A stretch of 64,000 nt of DNA, taken from positions 233-64,232 of the forward strand of contig CAZUKD010000002.1 in assembly GCA_964620825.1 (NCBI GenBank). The letters are read 5' to 3'. The DNA is from an uncultured Ectothiorhodospiraceae bacterium. Lineage in GTDB: Bacteria; Pseudomonadota; Gammaproteobacteria; DSM-5130; Acidihalobacteraceae. The notes beneath the pieces are model-generated. The model was not told where the DNA came from. It did no database searches and worked only from the letters and a program-made list of their open reading frames with translations. This document shows positions 56,800-64,000 of this stretch, in pieces (position 1 is the stretch's first letter; each line of letters starts with the position of its first letter). Both the position numbers and the translations under genes were made by a program.

Positions 56800-57075
56800 A
56801 GGCGTACATTGTAAAGAAGAGATTGTGGTGTGACTGCAAAAGATAACCGACCATTTGTCGAAGCCGTGTTATAGATAGCGCGTACAGGCTCTCTACGGTG
56901 TGATTTACCCGGCACTTTTGGAAACTGTATCGTGTTGATGTCCACTATGATCGTTGGTCAAAAAAGGTATTTGGACAGCGATTTCTAAGGCACTATCGGG
57001 TGAGCCTGATTTAGAATACCTCATGGTGGATGGGAGTATTGTCCGGGTTTACCGGCAAACGTACCAAAAAAACGA
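56800..57075 (+). pseudogene. Degraded IS5-family transposase OrfA (DUF4096-type)
   Basis: GVTAKDNRPFVEAVL*IARTGS...DLPGTFG, then KKGIWTAISKALSGEPDLEYLMVDGSIVRV. Confidence 0.75.
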
Positions 57076-57244
57076 GAGTGTTCAAAACGCTGTGTCAGTC
57101 GAATATTCTCACAGAGCAATAACTCATCCAATCTTCCCTCAAAATGAATCGCCAATTGTGAGGGGGTGAGATTACATTTTCGCCATATGGTGTGACGAGG
57201 TGTGATTTAATGAAGATACTTTTTTCTCCGCGATAGTGGTTGCG

Positions 57245-57326
57245 TCCGATAATCGGATCGAGATGGGTGGCCGCAGTGGTAAATAAATTTATCCCGCGTC
57301 CACCACTCATCTACAGGGCGTTAGGT
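57245..57326 (+). repeat. Degenerate attC-like site
   Basis: Imperfect inverted repeat GAGATGGGTGG...CCACCACTCATCT ending in GTTAGGT (GTTRRRY); R'' eroded (CCGATAAT). Confidence 0.4.
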
Positions 57327-57362
57327 GTACAAAATTACCGAGCACAATATTAAAAATTATCA

Positions 57363-58358
57363 ATGAAACAAGTGTTGAAAATTGAAATAGTAACAACTCA
57401 AGATGAGAGCTTAAACGAAACTGGGTTTGGATCTCTCAAGGCTTGCGGTAGTATATTTGATTCTATCAAAAGAATAGGGTATGACGTAAAATTAAACATA
57501 TGCAGATCTAAACAAGATTTGGATGATATTGTCAAGAAAAATCCAGATTTAGTTGTTTTAGCAGTAAAATATATTTCACTTCAAAATGAAAATAATATTT
57601 GGTTGAGTGAATATTTTTCTCGGTATGGAATTAATTTCACAGGCTCATCAAGAGATGTATTGAGATTTGATTCTAATAAAATTAGTGCTAAATTATATTT
57701 AGCAAATAAAGGTATTAAAACTGCAAGATATTTTATAGCAATCCCTGAGCAGTACCAATGTGCAAGTGAACTTCCGATTAAATTTCCCTTATTCCTAAAG
57801 CCGACAGATGCAGCAAATGGAAATGGAATTGATGACTTCTCTTTCGTGACAAATTTTTCGGAGTTTAAAAGTAAAGTATTGTCGTTATATAGCAGATTTA
57901 GTATTCCTATTTTGGTGGAAGAATATTTAGATGGGCGTGAATTTACAGTCTCAATAATAAATACACCAAATAACGAACCAATAATTTCTCCTATCGAAAT
58001 AGTCCCACCAGAATCAAAAAATGGGCTTAGAATTTTAGGGCAAAAGGTAAAAAATGATGATTTAGAAGAGCTGAAATCAATTGAAGATGATGAAATAAAA
58101 AATAAAGTGATAAAACTTGCTATTAATTCGTTCTTGACTTTAGGTGTGAGGGACTTTGGCAGAATAGATGTCAGAGCTAATAAAGCAGGAGATTACTTTT
58201 TTATTGAAGCCAACCTGGTTCCGGGTATGACATACGGTTCTAGCTATTTCCCTAAATCCTGCGAAATTGAGCATACACTAACCTATGATGAAGTCATTCA
58301 ACTAATGTTGGAAAGTGGACTTTTTAGGGCTAAACTAAAAATGCTGCCTAACAAATAA
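57363..58358 (+). CDS. ATP-grasp D-Ala-D-Ala ligase-like protein, AT-rich and cassette-like
   Basis: FLKPTD, VEEYLDGREFTV, GRIDVR, FIEANLVPGM. Confidence 0.8.
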   Translation: MKQVLKIEIVTTQDESLNETGFGSLKACGSIFDSIKRIGYDVKLNICRSKQDLDDIVKKNPDLVVLAVKYISLQNENNIWLSEYFSRYGINFTGSSRDVLRFDSNKISAKLYLANKGIKTARYFIAIPEQYQCASELPIKFPLFLKPTDAANGNGIDDFSFVTNFSEFKSKVLSLYSRFSIPILVEEYLDGREFTVSIINTPNNEPIISPIEIVPPESKNGLRILGQKVKNDDLEELKSIEDDEIKNKVIKLAINSFLTLGVRDFGRIDVRANKAGDYFFIEANLVPGMTYGSSYFPKSCEIEHTLTYDEVIQLMLESGLFRAKLKMLPNK

Positions 58359-58414
58359 GGTTAGATCGTGAGAGTGAAGCAAACCACGATCTAACCTTAT
58401 TTGTTAGGCAGCAT
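58341..58414. repeat. Perfect 30-bp inverted repeat with attC-type R''/R' boxes
   Basis: ATGCTGCCTAACAAATAAGGTTAGATCGTG-N14-CACGATCTAACCTTATTTGTTAGGCAGCAT. Confidence 0.85.
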
Positions 58415-58529
58415 GCCCTCTGTAAAAGTGGAAATCATCTTTGGCCGAGATGGGGCCACCGGCAGACTTTATTTTTTTCAGAAACCAGAGGAAGGAGTTC
58501 CGATAACCCCCTGTGTCAGAGTAGTTGTC

Positions 58530-58680
58530 GCGCACCTCGACAAAGAGATTTTTCGGCGTTCCAGGGTGGCCGGGGTTTCCCAATAAAGCATCGTGCTTAC
58601 GCCTGGTGACCGCCGTAGTGATGGAAATATCCGAGGACTGGGTCGTTAGCAAACGCGGCTGGTTATCCATCAAGAAGGAT
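58530..58680 (+). pseudogene. IS256-family transposase C-terminal remnant
   Basis: KEIFRRSRVAG / FPNKASCLRLVTAVVMEISEDW across a frameshift. Confidence 0.75.
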
Positions 58681-59297
58681 TATTCTGGGCTATTCATGAG
58701 GCGCTTGCAGCTGGCGGCCAGGTCATTACCGCCTATCCACGCAAAGCCGGTAGCGAAGATGGTGAGATCACCCGCCGTGACTGAAGGTTTGTCAAATCCA
58801 TGTTTCGCGCCTATAGGAAAGATATCCCCATGGCCAGACAAAGCTGCTGGTCACCACTACGATTGTTGAAGTGAGTATTTGCCTACCCCGGTGTATACCG
58901 ACTTGTGGTGATGAATCCGGGGGCTCTGGGGCTGGTTCGATCTGTATCGCTCGAAAGAGATGCCTGTCTAGTCCCATGTAATTATCTTCCAAGGGGAAGT
59001 TACCCTCGGTTCCAGGCAAGAGAGGCCGTGAAGGTCCTTGCAGGCGGGCCAAGCCTTCGCCATGGAACTCAACATATCCCATGAGGCATGACAAAGCATG
59101 AATCTCAAATTATCCAAGAAGGTACGGACAACCCTCACCATTCGACTGGGATACAGGCTGCAAGCTTTATCCACACAGGCGCTGGCGCGGAGTTACCACC
59201 TCAACGTTGTTTATAGGTTGTGGGAGGAAGCTTGAAGTTTACAGTCAGAGTGTCAGAAAGTAGTATAATAATTTGTATTTTGCGCAGGTGTATGAGT

Positions 59298-60194
59298 ATG
59301 TTTCATGGCAGTATGGTGGCGTTAGTCACGCCGATGACGTCCGGGGGTGAAATTGACGGGCGCTCGCTCGCCCGATTGATCGATTGGCATATCGAGAGCG
59401 GGACGGGTGCGCTGGTGGCCGTAGGGACAACGGGTGAATCTGCAACTCTGGATTTCGAGGAACATTGCGGGGTGATCCGCAGATTCGTCGAGCTGGCCGG
59501 GGGGCGAATCCCGGTGATTGCCGGGACCGGAGCGAATGCCACCAGTGAAGCAATTCGGCTGACTCGCTGCGCTATGGAGGCTGGTGCAAATGCCTGTTTG
59601 CTGGTCACGCCTTATTACAATAAGCCTACCCAGGAAGGTCTTTATCAACATTTCAAGGCCATTGCCGAAGCTGTTCCCATTCCTCAGATTCTTTATAACG
59701 TACCTGCGCGAACCGCTATTGACATGCAGCCCGAAACGGTTAGTCGTTTAGCAGGCATTTCCAATATCGTCGGTATCAAGGAGGCCTTAGGCCAGGTGGA
59801 GCGCATCCGTGCGCTGGCAGATCGTTGTGGTGGCCAGATGAGTATTTACAGCGGTGATGATGCGACTGCCCGTCAATCCATTCAGGCGGGTGCGAAAGGT
59901 GTGATTTCAGTTACTGCTAACGTAACGCCCGTGTTGATGCAGGCTATGTGTCATAGTGCCTTGCAGGGTGATTTCGAAGAAGCCAGACGTATCGATATGC
60001 GTCTTTCGCCCTTGCATAAAGCCCTGTTCCTCGAATCCAACCCTATCCCGGTCAAATGGGCTCTACATGAAATGGGTTGGATCTCTGATGGAATCCGTTT
60101 ACCGTTGACCTGGTTTTCGGCTAATAAACACGATGTGCTTCGCGCCGCCATGCGCGAGGCGGGCATCTCCTTGTCTGGAGAATCACATGCTTGA
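59298..60194 (+). CDS. dapA: 4-hydroxy-tetrahydrodipicolinate synthase
   Basis: ALVTPM, GTTGES, PYYNKP, YNVP, GIKEA, NPIPVK. Confidence 0.97.
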   Translation: MFHGSMVALVTPMTSGGEIDGRSLARLIDWHIESGTGALVAVGTTGESATLDFEEHCGVIRRFVELAGGRIPVIAGTGANATSEAIRLTRCAMEAGANACLLVTPYYNKPTQEGLYQHFKAIAEAVPIPQILYNVPARTAIDMQPETVSRLAGISNIVGIKEALGQVERIRALADRCGGQMSIYSGDDATARQSIQAGAKGVISVTANVTPVLMQAMCHSALQGDFEEARRIDMRLSPLHKALFLESNPIPVKWALHEMGWISDGIRLPLTWFSANKHDVLRAAMREAGISLSGESHA

Positions 60195-61260
60195 ATTGTT
60201 CCGTCGCGCAGCGCTGTTCGGTGCCATGGTGGGGTTGGGAGGATGCACCCTGTTGGGAAACAGCTCGCATCAGTATCCGATGACCACCGCAGTTAAGCAG
60301 CTCGAAGTCCCGCCATCACTGAAGATGCCGCCGGTAAATCAGGTTTATGCCATTCCTCCTGCCACCAGCCCGGGACCACAGTCGGCTGGCATGGCGGCTG
60401 CGGTAGGTTCTTCATCGACGGTAGCTAATGTCTTGCCTCAAGTGCCGGGGATGCGGCTTGAGCAGGCGGGTGCTTTCCACTGGTTGGTCGTCAATGAATC
60501 GCCCGCCCGGGTTTGGCTGCAAGTACTGCATGACTTTAAATCTCAAGGGTTCAGCTTTGCCGAGGAAAATCCTCGGATTGGTGTGCTGCGCACCCAATGG
60601 CGCCAGAATCCGCACGGTTTACCCAAGGGTCTGCTAGGTGGATTACCGGGGAATCTCTATGATTCCGGTAAACGGGAAGCCTATGTCGTGCGCCTGGCGC
60701 CTGGCTTAAAATCCGGGGTGACGGAGATCTACCTGAGTTATCAGGAAGCGCTTGAGTTCCGTAGCGCTCAAGGTGGACTCGATTGGGCGTGGGTTCCACC
60801 GAATCCTGGCAAGGAAGTGAGTGCGCTGTTGTCCTTGATGCAAACGCTGGGTGCCACTCCCGCGCAGCTTCATAGGGCGGCGACCCACACTGCTAGCTCC
60901 GGATCGAGATATGTATTAACCAAGCAGGGCGGGCAACCGGTGATCGTGGCTCCCCTGCCAATTACCCAGGCCTGGCCGCAAGTGGGGCTGGCATTGGATC
61001 GGGCCAATCTGATCGTCATCCATGCCAATCGTCATCTTAGGATTTATGAGGTGAGCTATCGGGAAGTATCCCAGAGTAATTTTTTCCAGAGACTTTTTGA
61101 GAAGAGATCGAAGTTGAAGCCGGGTACCCGATTTATGATTCAGCTCGTCTCGTTACCCCGAGGGCGCGTAGCTATCTACGCCTTAAAGATTGATGGCCAG
61201 TATTTGTCGCCTACTAATGCCCGCTTGGTACTCCGTCATCTGTTTAAGGGATTGGGTTGA
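60187..61260 (+). CDS. bamC: BamC/NlpB lipoprotein
   Basis: LGGC lipobox, LEVPP, position right after dapA. Confidence 0.8.
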   Translation: MLELFRRAALFGAMVGLGGCTLLGNSSHQYPMTTAVKQLEVPPSLKMPPVNQVYAIPPATSPGPQSAGMAAAVGSSSTVANVLPQVPGMRLEQAGAFHWLVVNESPARVWLQVLHDFKSQGFSFAEENPRIGVLRTQWRQNPHGLPKGLLGGLPGNLYDSGKREAYVVRLAPGLKSGVTEIYLSYQEALEFRSAQGGLDWAWVPPNPGKEVSALLSLMQTLGATPAQLHRAATHTASSGSRYVLTKQGGQPVIVAPLPITQAWPQVGLALDRANLIVIHANRHLRIYEVSYREVSQSNFFQRLFEKRSKLKPGTRFMIQLVSLPRGRVAIYALKIDGQYLSPTNARLVLRHLFKGLG

Positions 61261-61363
61261 AATACACCTGCCGCCAGCGCACGGGATGGATTTGGATGGT
61301 GGATCATTGGGGAATTACGGGACTGGAACCCGAAGACCCCCCATCCATTGCGAGCTGATTTCC

Positions 61364-62128
61364 ATGAGCCTGAGATTGGCGGCACTGGGGAGCGGTAGTC
61401 GTGGCAATGCCTGGATAGTGGAGGCCGGATCGACCCGGCTGTTGATCGATTGTGGGTTCTCGATTACTGAGACTGTGCGTCGTATGGAGCGCTTGGGCAT
61501 CGTGCCGGATTCTTTCGATGCACTCCTGGTAACTCACGAGCATGGTGACCATGCTTCAGGTGTTGCGCGTTTTTCCCGGCGTTTTCGGGTGCCGGTCTGG
61601 TTGACTGCGGGAACGCTGCGGGCGCTTGGAAAAGATACTTGTGACGGGGTGGAGCTATTTCATGCGCATGAGCCCTTTTCGATCGGTGATGTACTCATCG
61701 AACCCTATCCCATACCCCATGATGCCAGCGAACCCGTACAATTCGTTTACAGTGATGGGGATAGCCGTTGCGGGCAATTGACCGATGTCGGTTATATCAC
61801 CCCCCATATAGAGCGTATGCTGGATGGTTTGGATGGTTTGATCCTTGAGTGCAATTATGCCGCGGATAGACTGCAAAGTGGGCCCTATCCTCCTGCACTG
61901 AAGGCCCGGGTTGGCGGGAATTATGGTCATCTGGGTAACCATCAAGCCCAGGATCTACTGTGCAGGTTGGATACTCACCGTTTGCGCTGGCTGGTTGGAG
62001 CCCATGTGAGTGAAAAGAATAATACGTATGAGTTGGCTAGAGCTGCGTTATGCATGGGGGTTGATGTGGATGAAGAATGGATTCTCATGGCCCGGCAACA
62101 GGAAGGTTGTGACTGGCTCGAATTCTGA
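61364..62128 (+). CDS. MBL-fold metallohydrolase (YycJ-like)
   Basis: LGSGSRGN, THEHGDH, HDA, LECNY, GHLGN. Confidence 0.9.
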   Translation: MSLRLAALGSGSRGNAWIVEAGSTRLLIDCGFSITETVRRMERLGIVPDSFDALLVTHEHGDHASGVARFSRRFRVPVWLTAGTLRALGKDTCDGVELFHAHEPFSIGDVLIEPYPIPHDASEPVQFVYSDGDSRCGQLTDVGYITPHIERMLDGLDGLILECNYAADRLQSGPYPPALKARVGGNYGHLGNHQAQDLLCRLDTHRLRWLVGAHVSEKNNTYELARAALCMGVDVDEEWILMARQQEGCDWLEF

Positions 62129-62247
62129 TTGTAGCAGAGTTATGGCATAGCCTCGAGTGAGTTTGGTTTGACCAGTGAGTTAGAGGTTAGCCCCGATATC
62201 TCCATCAGTCGGTCAATTAGAGGCGACAGAATAAGCCGGCTAACGGG

Positions 62248-63099
62248 TCAGGGCCGGAGATTGCCATGATCAGAATCTTGCTGCCCGAGAGCATCTTTGA
62301 CTCGTTCGATGCGGGCATAGGCTGAGTGATTGTGGATTGATTCGAAATTTTCACATTCGACTACGTAGGCCTGAATCCGGTTGTCGGCGTCGAGTTGGGT
62401 GGCAAGATCGCGAACTACATCTTCGACAAATTTGGGATTATCATAGGCCCGTTCGGTTACAAATTTTTCATCCGGGCGCTTAAGTAGACCAAACAGCTCA
62501 CAGGAAGCTTCTGATTCTGCGATGTGGATCAGCTCCTCGATCCATAAAGGTTCCCGCAAATCAGCTGTCAGCATGATGTGCGAACGCTGATTATGAGCAC
62601 CATAATCGGAGATATCGCGTGAACACGGACAAAGGCTGGTAACTGGAATGAGTACCTTGAGGCTGATTCGGCAATCGTCTCCGGTGCAGTCTCCACTCAA
62701 GGAGACATCATAATCCATGAGGCTTTCCATGCCGGTCACTGGCGCTTGTTTGCGCAGGAAAAAAGGGAATTCCATGCGGATATGGCCATGATTGGTGTTA
62801 AGGCGTCGATTCATGGCTTGCAGTAGCTCGCAAAAACTACTGGCGTCGATCGGATTCCGGTTTTCATTCAGTAAAGCCACGAATCGCGACATATGAGTAC
62901 CTTTGTGTGCAGCGGGAAGGTTCACATACATGTCGATGCGGGCAACAGTATGCTGAAGCTGGCCGTTGTGTTGGGATATCACGATGGGGTGGCGCAAGCC
63001 TTTGATGCCCACCTGGTCGATCGAAATACGGCGGTCATCCCGATGGCTTTGGATATCCGGGATGTCGGTGGTAAGTGAAGTGAAACGGGAAGCGCTCAT
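62248..63099 (-). CDS. folE2: GTP cyclohydrolase IB
   Basis: KGTHMSRF, TSLCPCS, GAHNQRS, LKRPDEK, ESIHNHSA. Confidence 0.95.
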   Translation of the reverse strand: MSASRFTSLTTDIPDIQSHRDDRRISIDQVGIKGLRHPIVISQHNGQLQHTVARIDMYVNLPAAHKGTHMSRFVALLNENRNPIDASSFCELLQAMNRRLNTNHGHIRMEFPFFLRKQAPVTGMESLMDYDVSLSGDCTGDDCRISLKVLIPVTSLCPCSRDISDYGAHNQRSHIMLTADLREPLWIEELIHIAESEASCELFGLLKRPDEKFVTERAYDNPKFVEDVVRDLATQLDADNRIQAYVVECENFESIHNHSAYARIERVKDALGQQDSDHGNLRP

Positions 63100-63485
63100 G
63101 TGCTTTCACTATAGCGCACACAGGCGCGATCGGTTTCCCATAGTGTCACCGCGCCAACCTTGATGCCTTCTCGGTTCAGCTGTTCGGAGAGGCATCTAAA
63201 TAAATAGGCGGCAATATTCTCTGCGGTCGGGTTGATCCGGGTAAAAGGAGGGAGGTCATTGAGATAGTGATGATCCAGTTTACCAATTACCCCTTTTGCT
63301 GCCTTGCGAATAGTTTTGAAGTCGAGCGCCATGCCTATTTCATCGAGTGCCCTGGCATTGACTTCCACCTCTACTTTCCAGTTGTGTCCATGCAGGCGGC
63401 TGCATGGGCCCGGGTATCCTTTCAGCGCGTGTGCGGCAGCGAAATCTACCAGCACTTTTAAGGTGTAGAGGGCGACCATAGTCAA
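63096..63485 (-). CDS. queD: 6-carboxytetrahydropterin synthase
   Basis: FAAAH, CSRLHGHNW, LDHHYLN, PTAEN, WET. Confidence 0.95.
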   Translation of the reverse strand: MTMVALYTLKVLVDFAAAHALKGYPGPCSRLHGHNWKVEVEVNARALDEIGMALDFKTIRKAAKGVIGKLDHHYLNDLPPFTRINPTAENIAAYLFRCLSEQLNREGIKVGAVTLWETDRACVRYSEST

Positions 63486-63507
63486 TCCTGATTTAAATGG
63501 TCAGATA

Positions 63508-64000
63508 TTACCTGACCTGTCGATGAGGGACAATCTTCCTGGCTTGGTTTTTGCTAGATATACGTTTGAGAATAGCCTGGCGAATACCCTCGCTATTAAG
63601 CCCGGCCTCTGCTAGTAATTCTTCCCGTGTGGCATGTTCCATAAATCTGTCCGGGAGGCCGAGATGTAAAAGGTCAACATGATAGCCATGAGTGGTGAGA
63701 CATGCGCCAACAGCGTTGCCTGCGCCACCGCTAAGGGCATTGTCTTCCAGAGTTACCAGGAGGTCATGGTTTTTCGCCAATTCGAGAATTAACCCTTCAT
63801 CCAGCGGCTTTACAAAACGCATGTTAACCAGGGTAGCATCTAGTTGCTCAGCAACCGGTTCGGCTGCCTGAAGGGGTGCGCCGAAACAAAGCAGAGCAAT
63901 GTTCTGCCCTTCGCGCAGCACTTTCGCCTTGCCAATAGGTAGGGCGCGCATTTCGCTTTCGATGGCAGTTCCCGGCCCCTTGCCGCGTGGATAGCGAACG
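63508..64000 (-). CDS. dxs: 1-deoxy-D-xylulose-5-phosphate synthase, C-terminal part (5' end beyond the window)
   Basis: RYPRGKG at the window edge, IGKA, NMRFVKPLD, LGLPDRF. Confidence 0.93.
   Translation of the reverse strand, partial: VRYPRGKGPGTAIESEMRALPIGKAKVLREGQNIALLCFGAPLQAAEPVAEQLDATLVNMRFVKPLDEGLILELAKNHDLLVTLEDNALSGGAGNAVGACLTTHGYHVDLLHLGLPDRFMEHATREELLAEAGLNSEGIRQAILKRISSKNQARKIVPHRQVR

Noticed and set aside
59167-59175. Consensus DnaA box TTATCCACA upstream of dapA as a sign of oriC
   Set aside because: A single box about 49 kb from dnaA, with no cluster or unwinding element; one hit in 64 kb is compatible with chance.

Overview
Core-chromosome window of a Gammaproteobacterium, probably an acidophilic iron oxidiser (inferred from the Cyc2/Cyc1/PetI genes). 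Most of it is housekeeping: waaQ-lpxL, pdxH, ppa, mltB, purEK-birA-coaX, hemA-prfA-prmC-moeB, lolB-ispE-prs-rplY-pth-ychF, miaA-hfq-hflXKC-hisZ-purA, tig-clpPX-lon, dapA-bamC, dxs-queD-folE2, plus tRNA-Thr(TGT), tRNA-Gln(TTG) and tRNA-Leu(TAG). Four non-routine elements stand out. (1) At 18.5-25.2 kb, Cyc2 and Cyc1 sit directly upstream of a complete petI-type operon (cycA-sdrA-petABC) with no rusticyanin, cup or cox genes in the window. A perfect FNR box lies upstream, and Cyc1 has CMACH where A. ferrooxidans has, as I recall, the rusticyanin-docking CMECH. This is the best candidate for an undescribed rusticyanin-independent Fe(II)-to-NADH module. (2) An intact, AT-rich orphan dnaA without dnaN/rpmH or DnaA boxes lies between IS5 and IS3 remnants beside tRNA-Thr, near a 151-bp MITE. 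(3) mutL has collapsed to a ~300-bp relic in front of miaA that the ORF track misses, suggesting loss of mismatch repair. (4) An AT-rich D-Ala-D-Ala-ligase-like gene has integron-cassette features and ends in a perfect 30-bp-arm hairpin, between IS5 and IS256 remnants. All family calls come from motif recognition; no database searches were run, and GC values are by-eye estimates.
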